Positions 43,220-53,078 are shown, counted from the first letter of the stretch. The stretch is 64,000 bases of DNA from an uncultured Chloroflexia bacterium (GCA_963833225.1 CAWHXD010000017.1:64001-128000), one strand, 5' to 3'. Notes: a model not told the origin generated them from the sequence alone. Program-made: numbers and translations.

Positions 43220-44296
43220 CTAGTCGTTGTAGAGGCGCTCCTCGATCAGCTTCTCCTGCACCGTTCGACCGTTGGGGTCGAAGCAGGAGAACTCGAAGTG
43301 CTTCTCGAACTCCAGGTCCACCGCATCCTGACCGCCGCGGTTCTTCTCCACCGACACGATCACCCAGTCGCGGAAGCGCTGTGCCTGGTAGGGGTTGAAC
43401 TCGATGTTGACCTTGGCGACGATCTGGTACTTCTCGTTGAGGATCAGGATGATGTCCGCCTCGTAGTTGATCGCCGAGCTGCCACGCAGGTGGTAGTTGC
43501 GCAACCGCGATGCCTTGAGGCCTTCCTTGTCCGCGGCCACGATCGCGATCATCGGGACATCCTCGGACAGCGCGATGTCCTTGAGCCCGTTGATGACGTA
43601 GGTGACCTTCTCGGCCTCGTTGGGCGGCTCCGGAATCTGCGGGACCTTCTGCATGTAGTCCACCACGACCAACAGCCGCCGGTCGCCCGACAGCTCCCGG
43701 TGCTGCCGGATGAGCTGGCGCATGCCGTCGATCGTGCTCGCCGTCTGGGAGCCACGGAGCAGGAACAGGTTCTGGCCGTAGCGCGCGATCCGGTCCAACG
43801 ACGGGCGCAGGCGGGGGTTCGCAGCGAGCTGGGCGACGTCGCCCCCCTCGGCCATCCAGGTGCCGAGGATCTCCTTCCGCACGTCCTGGATCTTGATCGC
43901 CCCGGTCTTGTGGGGCAGGTGCGCGAGCGCCGACTCGGCGGCGATCAGACGATTGAGCAGGTAGAGCTCGTCGTGCTCGAAGCAGATGTAGAGCACGTTG
44001 GCCTGGCCGCCCGAGGCGACGTTGCGGGCCATCTGGAGGGCCATGGTGGTCTTGCCGGTCCCCTGCGCACCACCGATGAGCATCAGCTCACCCGGTCGCA
44101 GGCCGCCACCGATCGTCTTGTCCAGCGGCGTGTAGCCGAGGGGCACGGGCTGGTACTCCCCGACCGCGCCGCTCGCCACCTTGTCATTGAGATCGACCAG
44201 CACCTCGATGGCCGACCGGGGCGCCATGCTTCCGTTCGGGCCGTCAAGCCGCCACCTTGCGCGAGGCTCCGCGCCTTCCCCCGTCTCAGTCGTCAC
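43220..44296 (-). CDS. Stand-alone DnaB-like (SF4, RecA-fold) ATPase/helicase C-terminal domain protein
   Basis: G.TPLD...GGL.PGEL, Walker A GAQGTGKT, CFE, Walker B VVVDYMQ, LRGSSAINYEADII and EKNRGG. SD ggagga before GTG 44296. Confidence 0.85.
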   Translation of the reverse strand: MTTETGEGAEPRARWRLDGPNGSMAPRSAIEVLVDLNDKVASGAVGEYQPVPLGYTPLDKTIGGGLRPGELMLIGGAQGTGKTTMALQMARNVASGGQANVLYICFEHDELYLLNRLIAAESALAHLPHKTGAIKIQDVRKEILGTWMAEGGDVAQLAANPRLRPSLDRIARYGQNLFLLRGSQTASTIDGMRQLIRQHRELSGDRRLLVVVDYMQKVPQIPEPPNEAEKVTYVINGLKDIALSEDVPMIAIVAADKEGLKASRLRNYHLRGSSAINYEADIILILNEKYQIVAKVNIEFNPYQAQRFRDWVIVSVEKNRGGQDAVDLEFEKHFEFSCFDPNGRTVQEKLIEERLYND

Positions 44297-44432
44297 GTGT
44301 GTGCGTCCTCCCGCGATCCGATCCCGTCCGCGCATCCTAGCACTGGGCTGGGCGTGCGCTGCCACCCCGCGGGGCCAGCCTGACCCGCCGAAGGTACCGG
44401 CCCCGGGCCAGGCTGGCGGGCGCTGGGCCAGG

Positions 44433-45833
44433 CTAGCGGGGCAGCGTCGCGAGCTCGTCCCAGAGGCGCACGATGACACGGGTGCCCTGCTCGAAGTTGT
44501 CGAGGAGCAGGTACTCGTTGGGCGCGTGGGCGTTGCACGCCGGCTGCGTGAAGCCGAGCAGCACCACCGGCAGTCCCAGGCTGTGGTCGAACGCCGCTGT
44601 CACCGGGATCGAGCCGCCTTCCCGGATGTACACGGGCGGGACCCCGTGGACGGCCTCGATCGCCCGCGCGGCGGCCTGCGTCGCCGGATGGTCAAGGGGC
44701 GTCAGGGATGGCTCGCCTCCGTGGATCGAGGTGGTCCGTACGGTCACGCCCGGCGGCGCGATCTCCGCGACATGGTCCCGGAGCGCGGCGAACACCCTGG
44801 CGGGATCCTGGTTGGCGACCAGGCGGGTCGACACCTTGGCGTGGGCATGGGCGGGGATGATGGTCTTGGCGCCCTCACCCTGGAAGCCACCCCAGATGCC
44901 GTTGACGTCGAAGGTCGGGCGGGCGCCCTTGCGCTCGAGTGTCGTGAACCCCGTCTCCCCCACCAGGCTGCTCACGGGAATAGCCGCCCGGTAGGCCTCC
45001 TCGTCGAACGGGAGCGCCGCCATCGCCTCGCGCTCGGCGTCGGTGAGCGCCACCACGTCGTCGTAGAAGCCGGGGATCCGCACTCGCCCGTCCGGGCCCT
45101 TGAGCGCCGCGATGATCGTGGCCAGGGCATTGGCCGGGTTGGCCACGGTGCCGCCGTACATCCCCGAGTGCAGGTCGACCGGCGCCAGCTCGACATCGAT
45201 CTGGGCGTACATGATCCCGCGCAGGCCCACCGTGATCGCCGGCAGGTTGCCCTCGAAGTACCCGGTGTCGCTGATCAGGGCCGCGTCCGCCGCGAGGCGG
45301 TCGCGGTTGGCCTCGATCCAGGTGTACAGGCTGTCCGAGCCGAATTCCTCCTCCCCTTCGAACACGAAGGTGAGGTTGACCGCCGGTGCCCTGCCCACGG
45401 CCCGGAGCGCCTCGATGGCGGCGAGGTGCATCACCAGCTGGCCCTTGTCGTCGGCCACGCCACGACCCACGAACCGCCCATCCCGAAGGAACGGCTCCCA
45501 GGGCGCCGTCTCCCACAGCTCGATCGGATCAACCGGCTGCACGTCGTAGTGGCAGTAGACGAGGATCGTGGGCGCGCCCGGCGCCTCGTGGATCCGGCCG
45601 TACACGATGGGGTGGAGCTCGGTCCGCTCGACGGCAACGTCCGTGGCACCAACCCGCCGGAGGCGCTCGGCCACCCACTCTGCCGCAAGGACCATGTCCG
45701 TGGCATGCTCCGGCAGCGAGGACACGCTGGGGATGCGCGCGAACTCGAGCAGCGTCTCCGCACGCGCCCCGGCCGAGGCTGTCAGGGCCGCCTCGACGGC
45801 ATGATCGATGGGCGCGCCGGGCTGGTCCGTCAT
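44433..45833 (-). CDS. M20 family dipeptidase (CNDP/Dug1-like)
   Basis: HYDVQP, GRGVADDKG, EGEEEFGS, DLHSG.YGG, GGSIP and AHAPNE. Confidence 0.92.
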   Translation of the reverse strand: MTDQPGAPIDHAVEAALTASAGARAETLLEFARIPSVSSLPEHATDMVLAAEWVAERLRRVGATDVAVERTELHPIVYGRIHEAPGAPTILVYCHYDVQPVDPIELWETAPWEPFLRDGRFVGRGVADDKGQLVMHLAAIEALRAVGRAPAVNLTFVFEGEEEFGSDSLYTWIEANRDRLAADAALISDTGYFEGNLPAITVGLRGIMYAQIDVELAPVDLHSGMYGGTVANPANALATIIAALKGPDGRVRIPGFYDDVVALTDAEREAMAALPFDEEAYRAAIPVSSLVGETGFTTLERKGARPTFDVNGIWGGFQGEGAKTIIPAHAHAKVSTRLVANQDPARVFAALRDHVAEIAPPGVTVRTTSIHGGEPSLTPLDHPATQAAARAIEAVHGVPPVYIREGGSIPVTAAFDHSLGLPVVLLGFTQPACNAHAPNEYLLLDNFEQGTRVIVRLWDELATLPR

Positions 45834-45920
45834 GGGGTCTCCTGGTGGCGGGAAGTCGCCCGTCGATCCTAGCGCGGGCGCGGGCCCGACCGCGGGCGTG
45901 GGGCGGCGGCCGGGCCGCAG

Positions 45921-45951
45921 AATTGAAGGGCGGACCCGGTCGGGTCCGCCC
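45921..45951 (-). terminator. Intrinsic terminator downstream of ftsH
   Basis: On the minus strand, hairpin GGGCGGACCCG-AC-CGGGTCCGCCC followed by TTCAATT, about 25 nt after the ftsH stop. Confidence 0.7.
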
Positions 45952-45975
45952 CTGGCCGCTGGGAGCCGCTCCGGC

Positions 45976-47914
45976 TCAGGCCGGTTGCGGCGACGGGTTG
46001 GGCGCCGGGGCGGTGGGTCCGGTCGACGATCCCCCGTCCGTGCCCGGGGCGATCACGCGGGGGATCCCCGCCTGGCGCTCCGGCTTGGGCGGCAGGTCGT
46101 CGAAGATCTTCTCGAACTCCTGCGTGTCGACGGTCTCCTCGGCGATCAGCTTCTCGGCCAGGTGGTCGAGGCGATCGCGGTAGGACGTGAGCACCTCGGT
46201 CGCCCGGTCGTAGGCGCGGTCGATGATGGCTCGCACCTCTTCGTCGATGATCATCGCGACGTTGTCGCTGTAGTTGCGCTGCTCGCCGATCTCGCGGCCG
46301 AGGAACACGAGCTCGTCGCGCTTCCCGAACGAGAGCGGGCCCAGGCGGTCGCTCATGCCGAACTCGGTGACCATGCGCCGGGCGAGGTCGGTCGCCTTCT
46401 CGATGTCGTTGCTGGCACCGGTGGTCGTATCGCCGAACACCAGGCGCTCGGCGACGTTGCCCCCAAGCAGGCCCGCGATCTTGTCCTCGAACTCCGTCTT
46501 GGACTGCAGGTAGCGATCCTCGGTGGGCAGCGCCATCGTGTAGCCGAGCGCCATGCCGCGGCTGATCACGGTGACCTTGGCCACCGGATCGCACTTGGGC
46601 AGGATCCGCTGCACGACCGCGTGACCGCCCTCGTGATAGGCGATGATCCGCTTCTCCTCGTCGCTGATCACGCGGCTCTTGCGTTCCGGGCCCGCGACGA
46701 TGCGCTCGAGCGCCTCGCCGAAGTCGTTCATCCCGACGACCTTCTTGTTGCGCCGCGCGGCCAGGATCGCGGCCTCGTTGACGAGGTTCGCGAGGTCGGC
46801 GCCGGAGAAGCCCGGCGACTGCCGCGCGATCTCCTCGACCACGACGGTCTTGTCGAGCGGCTTGCCCTTGGTATGGACCTTGAGGATGGCCGTGCGGCCC
46901 CGCATGTCCGGGCGGTCGAGGATGACCTGGCGGTCGAACCGGCCGGGGCGCAGCAGCGCCGGGTCGAGGACGTCGGGCCGGTTGGTCGCGGCCACGACGA
47001 TCACGTTGGTGTTGGTGTCGAAGCCGTCCATCTCGACGAGGATCTGGTTGAGCGTCTGCTCGCGCTCGTCGTGCGACCCACCGAGGCCGGCGCCGCGCTG
47101 GCGGCCGACGGCGTCGATCTCGTCCACGAACACGATGCACGGACTGTTGCGCTTGGCCTGATCGAACAGGTCGCGCACGCGGCTGGCGCCGACACCCACG
47201 AACATCTCGACGAACTCGGAGCCGGAGATGCTGAAGAACGGCACCCCGGCCTCACCGGCGACGGCACGCGCCATCAGGGTCTTGCCGGTTCCGGGCGGGC
47301 CCACGAGGAGCACGCCGCGCGGGATCCGGGCGCCGAGCGAGTTGAACTTCTCCGGGAATTTGAGGAACTCCACGACCTCCTGGAGCTCCGTCTTGGCCTC
47401 GTCGACGCCGGCGACGTCCGCGAACGTGACCACCGTCTTGTTGCCGAGGAACATCCGGGCCCGGCTCTTGCCGAACGACATCGCCTGGTTGTTGGTGCCC
47501 TGGGCCTGGCGCATCATGAAGAAGATGAATCCGCCGATCACCAGCAGCGGCAGCAGGCCGGTGAGCAGCAGCCCGATCCACGAGCTGTCAGCGGTCGGCT
47601 TGCGCTGGTAGGCCGTGGTCGGCCAGCTCACGGCCCCCACGGGCAGCCGCCTGCTCCATGTCGGTGGCGACATTGGTGAAGATCGGGTTGGGGACCAGCA
47701 CGGTGTAGGTCCCGCCACCGGTCAGGGTGATCGTGACCGACTCACCGTCCTGGACAGCGGTGGTGACCTTGCCACTCTCGACATCCGCCATGAACTGGAG
47801 GTAGCCCTGCGTGGTTGGCGGGGTCGACGACTGGACCCACGTGTAGAGCAACGCGACCGTGCCCGCCACGAGGACGAGCATCACGATCCCGTTGCGAAGG
47901 AACTTTGCGTTCAA
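45976..47914 (-). CDS. ftsH: ATP-dependent zinc metalloprotease FtsH, +1 frameshift around 47620-47640
   Basis: TM1 and the extracytoplasmic domain (ORF 47588..47914) join TM2, [28 protein letters not shown] and HEGGH (ORF 45976..47718). Confidence 0.95.
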
Positions 47915-48109
47915 ACGGAGCGCCTCCGAGTCCGACGAGCCGGCGGGGAGCGCCGGGTGTTGAGGGAGTATACCCGCGGGTTCGTTCGTGGCCGGTCAAC
48001 CGGCCCGGCTCCCGCCGTTGCCATGGATACGCTCCAGCATCGCGGATGGATGGGCTCGATCCGGTGTCCGGCGGGTTCAGGATTCGCCACACTTCCGGCA
48101 GGACATGCG

Positions 48110-48134
48110 AAACGCCCAGGCTGGACCTGGGCGT
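48110..48134 (-). terminator. Terminator hairpin after the tRNA
   Basis: ACGCCCAGG-TCCAG-CCTGGGCGT followed by TT on the minus strand, about 15 nt after the tRNA CCA. Confidence 0.65.
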
Positions 48135-48149
48135 CGCGTGATGGTCGAT

Positions 48150-48224
48150 TGGTAGCGGAGGGCGGATTTGAACCACCGACCAAGGGCTTATGAGTCCCCT
48201 GCTCTACCACTGAGCTACTCCGCC
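48150..48224 (-). tRNA. tRNA-Met (CAT), most likely the elongator
   Basis: GGCGGAGTAGCTCAGTGGTAGAGCAGGGGACTCATAAGCCCTTGGTCGGTGGTTCAAATCCGCCCTCCGCTACCA folds as a cloverleaf with anticodon CAT and encoded CCA. G1:U72 is paired, unlike the initiator C1:A72. Upstream TGGACT-17 bp-TAAAAT promoter. Confidence 0.95.
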
Positions 48225-48354
48225 GTGATACCGCGGATTTTAGCGATCCCGTCACGACCAGTCCAATGAGGCGACGGCGCAGTTCGGGGGTGGCGGAACG
48301 ACCGTGCACCCACCAGAATGGCGGCGCCACGTGACACCGACACGGGAGGGTTCA

Positions 48355-49482
48355 ATGACCAGCGACGCACCGGGAGCCAATCAGCCCGGCTCCGGGCCGC
48401 CCCCCGAGCCCGAACCTGGGGCACCCACGGCCGGCCAATGGCCCGCAGAGCTCGTGCCGCCGGCAACCGCCCCCGGCCCTGCTCCAGCCGCCGCGCCAGC
48501 TCCTGCGGCCCCGGGACCTGCGCCAGCCGCGCCGGCCGCCGCGCCTTCGGCCGGCGCCTCCTCCGGGACCTGGGGCACCACCCCGACCTCGGGCAGCTGG
48601 GGTGCGGCCCCTGCACCCGGGACCCCGTCCGTGCCCGCACCCGCTGCGCCTCCCGTGGCCCAGGCTCCCGCGTCACAACCCGGCCAGTGGGGCGCCGCGG
48701 CCACGCCACCCCCCACCGGAGGCGGCTGGGGGGCACCGCCCGCCCCGGCGCCCGGCCAACCCGGTGATCAATGGGGAGCCCCACCGGCACAGCCGGGAGG
48801 CTGGGCACCCGGGCCTGGCGCACCGGGCGGGCCGCCGCCCGGCGGCTGGGCACCTGCGCCCGCCAAATCGGGCAACGGATGCCTCAAGGCGTGCCTGATC
48901 GTGGGCGCGATCCTCGTGGTCGTCGCCATCATCGGCTTCCTCGCCCTGGGCGCCTTCTTCAAGCAGTTCGTGTCGGACATGGGGATCGACAGCAATGGCA
49001 ACCTGAGGACCTGCGAGCTGATCTCGCAGGGTGACGTGGAGAGCATCCTCGGCAGCGATGCGCAGGCCACGCCATTGGGCGGCTTCGTCGACAACACGAT
49101 CGGCCAGCTGCTTGACAATCGGATCCTGCCCAACGCCCCGGACTGCTGGCTCATCTCCGGCTCCAGCTCCTCGGTGACCGGGCGCCTGGCACAGCAGGAC
49201 GGAAACGCGTCGAGCACCTTTGCCGACGCGAAGCGGCAGGCCCAGGCCGGAGGCTACTTCGCCGATGACGTGAGCTTCGGCGACGAGGCGTTCTGCACCG
49301 CCATGACCGACGTCGGCTCGTTCGGCATCCTCGTCCGTCGCGGCGACAGCCTTGCCTATGTGAGCCTCCTGGACGCCGCGGCCATGGAGGCCCAGAACTT
49401 CGATATCGGCCCCGACGGCCAGCTGGTCTCACCGCAGACCTGCGACCTCGCGGGCCGGATCGCGGAGGCGGTCCTGCGTTAG
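48355..49482 (+). CDS. Bitopic membrane protein: Pro/Gly/Ala-rich N-terminus with Trp repeats, one TM, Cys-containing external domain
   Basis: SD ggaggg before ATG 48355. Low-complexity N-terminal region, GCLKACLIVG...FF TM segment and a globular C-terminal domain. Confidence 0.82.
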   Translation: MTSDAPGANQPGSGPPPEPEPGAPTAGQWPAELVPPATAPGPAPAAAPAPAAPGPAPAAPAAAPSAGASSGTWGTTPTSGSWGAAPAPGTPSVPAPAAPPVAQAPASQPGQWGAAATPPPTGGGWGAPPAPAPGQPGDQWGAPPAQPGGWAPGPGAPGGPPPGGWAPAPAKSGNGCLKACLIVGAILVVVAIIGFLALGAFFKQFVSDMGIDSNGNLRTCELISQGDVESILGSDAQATPLGGFVDNTIGQLLDNRILPNAPDCWLISGSSSSVTGRLAQQDGNASSTFADAKRQAQAGGYFADDVSFGDEAFCTAMTDVGSFGILVRRGDSLAYVSLLDAAAMEAQNFDIGPDGQLVSPQTCDLAGRIAEAVLR

Positions 49483-49507
49483 CGCCCGACACCGCACCCC
49501 GCAACTC

Positions 49508-49533
49508 GAAGGGCGGCCTCGCGGCCGCCCTTC
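49508..49533. terminator. Probable bidirectional terminator between convergent genes
   Basis: Perfect 11-bp hairpin GAAGGGCGGCC-TCGC-GGCCGCCCTTC. Confidence 0.65.
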
Positions 49534-49565
49534 CTGCTGTCCAGTCCCGGAGACGCGACGCGCAG

Positions 49566-51650
49566 CTAACGGCTCGCAGCGCCCCCCTGCCGCTCGTTGT
49601 AGGCATCGAGGAGCATCCCGATCGTGACGTCGCCGTAGCGGGACGAGAGCTCGTCGCGCGCGGCGCCCCACAGGACCCGCAACGAGCGGGGCCCGCTGCG
49701 GTCGAGGTCCCGGAGGCGCGTGCCGCCGAAGCGCTCGATCCCCGGGATGCGGCTCAGCTCCTGGGCCAGGCGCGTCGCGGACGCGCTGAGCGTCGACGAC
49801 TCGTCGAGGCCGACGGCCGCGGCAGCGGCGACGGCCGCGGCACGCCGCTTGTCACCTGGCCGCATGTCGGTCACCGGGGGCAGGGGCGGCATCGGCGACG
49901 TGAACCCACCGAGGGCGTCCGCAGCCGGGGCCTGGGCGCGCGCCGTGGCGGCATCGAGGGCCTTCGACGCCTTGGCAAACCGCTCCTCGGGCGTGGGCTC
50001 GTGCACGGCTTCGGGAGCCGGCGCGGGCGCGGCGGCGGGCGACGGTGCCGTTACCGCGGGTGCGGCGGACGCGGCCGACGCGCCGCTGGCAGACGAGCTC
50101 GAGGCCGCACCCCCGCCGGCCGGTGCCGGCCCGGAGCCCTTGGGCCGGGCCCCACCGGAACCACCGGCCCCACCGGAGCCACCGGATCCCTCGTCGGGCT
50201 TCCGCTTTGGCCGGTCCGGGGTCACGGGCTTCGCCGGGCCGGAGCTCGCACCGCCACCCATCGCCGACGTGAGGAGCTCCGGGATGTCGATCCCGGTGAG
50301 GCCCTTGACCGTGGTCGAGGCCTCGGCAAGCGTCCGGGTGGTGGTCTTGACGATGTCGGATGCGCCCTCGCTCGAGAGGACGGTGAGGTTGTCGATCTGG
50401 CTGAGCGGCTCCGCGGCGGCCCGCACGATCTCGGGCAGCATGGACAGGACGGTCGAGATGATCGCCGCATCGTTGAACTGGCGGTAGGCCTCGGCGCGGA
50501 GGGCAAGGGCCTTTGCCTCGGCCTCGCCCTTGGTGAACACGATCCCGGCCTCGGCGTTGCCCTCGAGGGTCGTCTGCTTGGCGATCGCCTCGGCGTTGAC
50601 CAGCGTGACGCGGGCCTGGGCCTCGCCCTTGGTGACGTTGACGGAGGCCTCGGCCTGGCCGGCCAGCTTGACGCGCTCGGCGTCGGCCTGTGCCTGGGCG
50701 ATCCGGGCGCCCTTGTCGCCCTCGGCCCGCCGGACCTGGGCCTCGGCCTCGGCCTCGGCCGGCCGGATGGTGCTGGCGATCAGCTCCTTCTGCGTGCGGT
50801 CCGCCTCGAGCTGGGCCAGCTCGGTCTGGCGGCGGACCACCTCCTGCTGGGCCTCGGCCTGGGCCAGCGGCCCGGACTGGGACGCCTTGGCCTCGGCGGC
50901 CTGGGTCACCGCGACGACCTCGGCCTGGCGGAGCGAGACGTCCCGCTGGGCGTTGAGCTTGACCTGCTGGGCCTCTGCCTCGCGGACGGCGGCCTCCTGG
51001 TCGGCGGTCGCCTTGGCCATCCGGGCGTCCCGCTCGCGGCGGGCCGTCTCCTGCTGGCCGATGAGGTCCATGTAGCCGACCTCGTCGCGGATCGCCTGGA
51101 TCGTGAAGTTGTCGATCGCCAGGCCGGACGTGGCCAGGTCGGCCTTGGCCGCCCCCTGGACCTCCTGCTGGAACTTCTGGCGGTCGTAGTTGAGCTCCTC
51201 GACCGTCAGGGTCCCGACGATCGACCGGAGCGACCCCTCGAGCACGTTCTTCACGATGGAGTCGAGCAGCGTCTCCTCGCCCAGGAACCGCTCGGCGGCG
51301 TTCCGGATGGACTCGTCGTCGCTGCCGATCTTCACGGTCGCCACGCCCTGGACGGCAACCTTGATTCCCTGCTTGGTGACGGCGTCCCCGAGCGCCACGT
51401 TGATCTGGCGCGCGCTGAGGTTGACCTTCCCCAGCTTGTGGACCAGGGGCAGCACGATCACGCGCCCGGCACGAACCACCTTGAGCTGCGTGGGCGCGCC
51501 GCCCCAGACGCCGCCGGTGCGCACCAGCGCCTCGTTCGCTCCCGCGACCTTGACCCGGCTGGTCGCGTACGCGAACAGCAGGGCGATGATGATGATCGGG
51601 ACGATGACCGCGACGACGCTCGGTCCCAGGATGTTCAGAATGTCAGGCAT
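49566..51650 (-). CDS. Flotillin-like SPFH protein (FloT-like) with a long C-terminal extension
   Basis: N-terminal TM, NEALV..G, VLEGSLRSIVG.LTVEE, AEA-rich coiled coil, LPEIVRAAAEPL..ID, then a G/S/A/P linker and an extra domain. Confidence 0.9.
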   Translation of the reverse strand: MPDILNILGPSVVAVIVPIIIIALLFAYATSRVKVAGANEALVRTGGVWGGAPTQLKVVRAGRVIVLPLVHKLGKVNLSARQINVALGDAVTKQGIKVAVQGVATVKIGSDDESIRNAAERFLGEETLLDSIVKNVLEGSLRSIVGTLTVEELNYDRQKFQQEVQGAAKADLATSGLAIDNFTIQAIRDEVGYMDLIGQQETARRERDARMAKATADQEAAVREAEAQQVKLNAQRDVSLRQAEVVAVTQAAEAKASQSGPLAQAEAQQEVVRRQTELAQLEADRTQKELIASTIRPAEAEAEAQVRRAEGDKGARIAQAQADAERVKLAGQAEASVNVTKGEAQARVTLVNAEAIAKQTTLEGNAEAGIVFTKGEAEAKALALRAEAYRQFNDAAIISTVLSMLPEIVRAAAEPLSQIDNLTVLSSEGASDIVKTTTRTLAEASTTVKGLTGIDIPELLTSAMGGGASSGPAKPVTPDRPKRKPDEGSGGSGGAGGSGGARPKGSGPAPAGGGAASSSSASGASAASAAPAVTAPSPAAAPAPAPEAVHEPTPEERFAKASKALDAATARAQAPAADALGGFTSPMPPLPPVTDMRPGDKRRAAAVAAAAAVGLDESSTLSASATRLAQELSRIPGIERFGGTRLRDLDRSGPRSLRVLWGAARDELSSRYGDVTIGMLLDAYNERQGGAASR

Positions 51651-52215
51651 CCCCTCTCCCTCTACCCTCCGAGGCGCCGACGGCGCCTGCGGCTGTGTCG
51701 GTCTCCCGGACGATGAGCCCGGTCCCGGCAACCCCGATCACCTCGACGGTGCGACCCGCCGCGATCTCCGAGTCGGCCGTGGCCGAGAACTCGTGCGTCT
51801 GCCCCTCGGCCTTGACCAGCACGCTCCCGTAGCGACCGGCCGGCACGCCAACGGCGACGTACGCCGAGCTGCCGACCAGGTCCGAGAGCGTGAACGGCTC
51901 CTCGCTCTCGCTCCTGCGCAGCAGGCCGAACAGGGCACCGGCGAGCAGGGCTCCCCCGAGGCCCGAGAGGACCCCGATGATCGCCGCCTCGGCACCGTGC
52001 GCCCCGATGACCTGGGTGGCGAACAGGCCGCCCGCGCCGAACATGCCGATGAACCCGAGCAGGATCGGCGTGATGGAGGTCCCGCCGACATCGAAGCCGA
52101 AGCCGTCGAGCAGCCCGCCCAGAACGTCGTCGAACACCACCGTGAACAGCAGCAGCAGGCCGCCGACCAGCGCGGCGAGACCGAATACCCAGTCCTCGAT
52201 CGGGATCGTGATCAT
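51643..52215 (-). CDS. Short NfeD-like partner of flotillin (YuaF-like)
   Basis: Three TM segments (..F..MFGAGG..), then an OB fold LVG....V.V.VP...YGSV.V. Its stop overlaps the flotillin start. Confidence 0.85.
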   Translation of the reverse strand: MITIPIEDWVFGLAALVGGLLLLFTVVFDDVLGGLLDGFGFDVGGTSITPILLGFIGMFGAGGLFATQVIGAHGAEAAIIGVLSGLGGALLAGALFGLLRRSESEEPFTLSDLVGSSAYVAVGVPAGRYGSVLVKAEGQTHEFSATADSEIAAGRTVEVIGVAGTGLIVRETDTAAGAVGASEGRGRGDA

Positions 52216-52370
52216 CCGAGGCCGGCCCACCCTCCCGTGCGACGCCGCAACGGGCGCCTTCGCGCGCCCGCCGTAGCCGAGACGGGCGAATGGCCCCAGC
52301 ATAGGGCCCAGCGATCTGGCGCGGAACGGGCAATCGGCAATGTCGAATGGCAGGCCCGGGGCCCGCGGGA

Positions 52371-52918
52371 TCAGTTCCGGCGCCCGTCCTGTGGGTCGCC
52401 GAACAGCAGGCGTGCCCACGACTGGAGCGGCGTCGTCACCTCCGGATCGGCGCCCAGGCGGACCGTGGCGGAACCGGGCGCATCGGCGGGGAGCGGCGGG
52501 GCGTCGTCCGCGAGCGCGAACGGGATCTCGACCGCGGTGCCGAGGCGGTACTGGCGCGCGGCCTGCTCGATGTAGGCCTGGCGCTGGATCAGCGCGAGCT
52601 CGTCCTCCAGGCCCAAGACCTCGGCCTGGAGCAGGTCCGTGGAGGCCTGCATATCGGCGGCCCGCGCCATGGCCTCGCTGGCATCGCCCACCTGGCGGGC
52701 AAACAGGACGATCACCCAGGCAGCCACCAGCGCGCCGATGAGGATGCGCCACCCGGCGACGGGTCAGGCCGGCCACCGGCAGATCCGCGAGCGACCCGAG
52801 GGCGCCGGCAGCGGCCGGCGTCAGCGGGCTCGTGGCATCCGTCTCCGGGGCGCGCCCGAGTGGCCGGGGTGGCCGTGGTGGCACGGGGTGGGGTCGTTCG
52901 CCTGTGGGGTCGAGGCAT
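52371..52918 (-). CDS. FtsB/DivIC-like septum formation initiator, apparently with two +1 frameshifts (~52906, ~52746)
   Basis: RRRVA-ILIGALVAAWVIVLF TM, coiled coil, and YIEQAARQYRLG...EIPF (cf. YIE..AR..LG....E). A -10 TACCCT lies 7 nt before ATG 52918. Confidence 0.7.
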
Positions 52919-53046
52919 CGAGCCGAGGGTAGCTTCGCCCGATTCGGCTGTCAACCCGGTCCCTGGCGCCGGATTCGGGGGCCGGATGACCCATCCGTGC
53001 ACGCCCTGTGACACCCAAGGTGGCACGCGTCCCGCGCAGCCTGCCG

Positions 53047-53078
53047 TAGACTCGCTCCTGCAATCGATCATGCGTTCT
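53047..53078 (+). promoter_or_regulatory. mrfAB promoter (-10 TAGACT) and putative LexA box CGATCATGCGTTCT
   Basis: One mismatch to the GAAC-N4-GTTC core, located between the -10 (53047-53052) and ATG 53099 of a DNA-repair helicase. Confidence 0.55.

Noticed and set aside
48150-48224. Initiator tRNA-fMet, tRNA-Ile2, or a tRNA-anchored genomic island
   Set aside because: Position 1:72 is paired and the 31:39 pair is not G:C, arguing against the initiator. G4:C69 and the Met-like acceptor stem argue against Ile2, though this is not fully excluded. No duplicated tRNA 3' end or adjacent integrase is visible.
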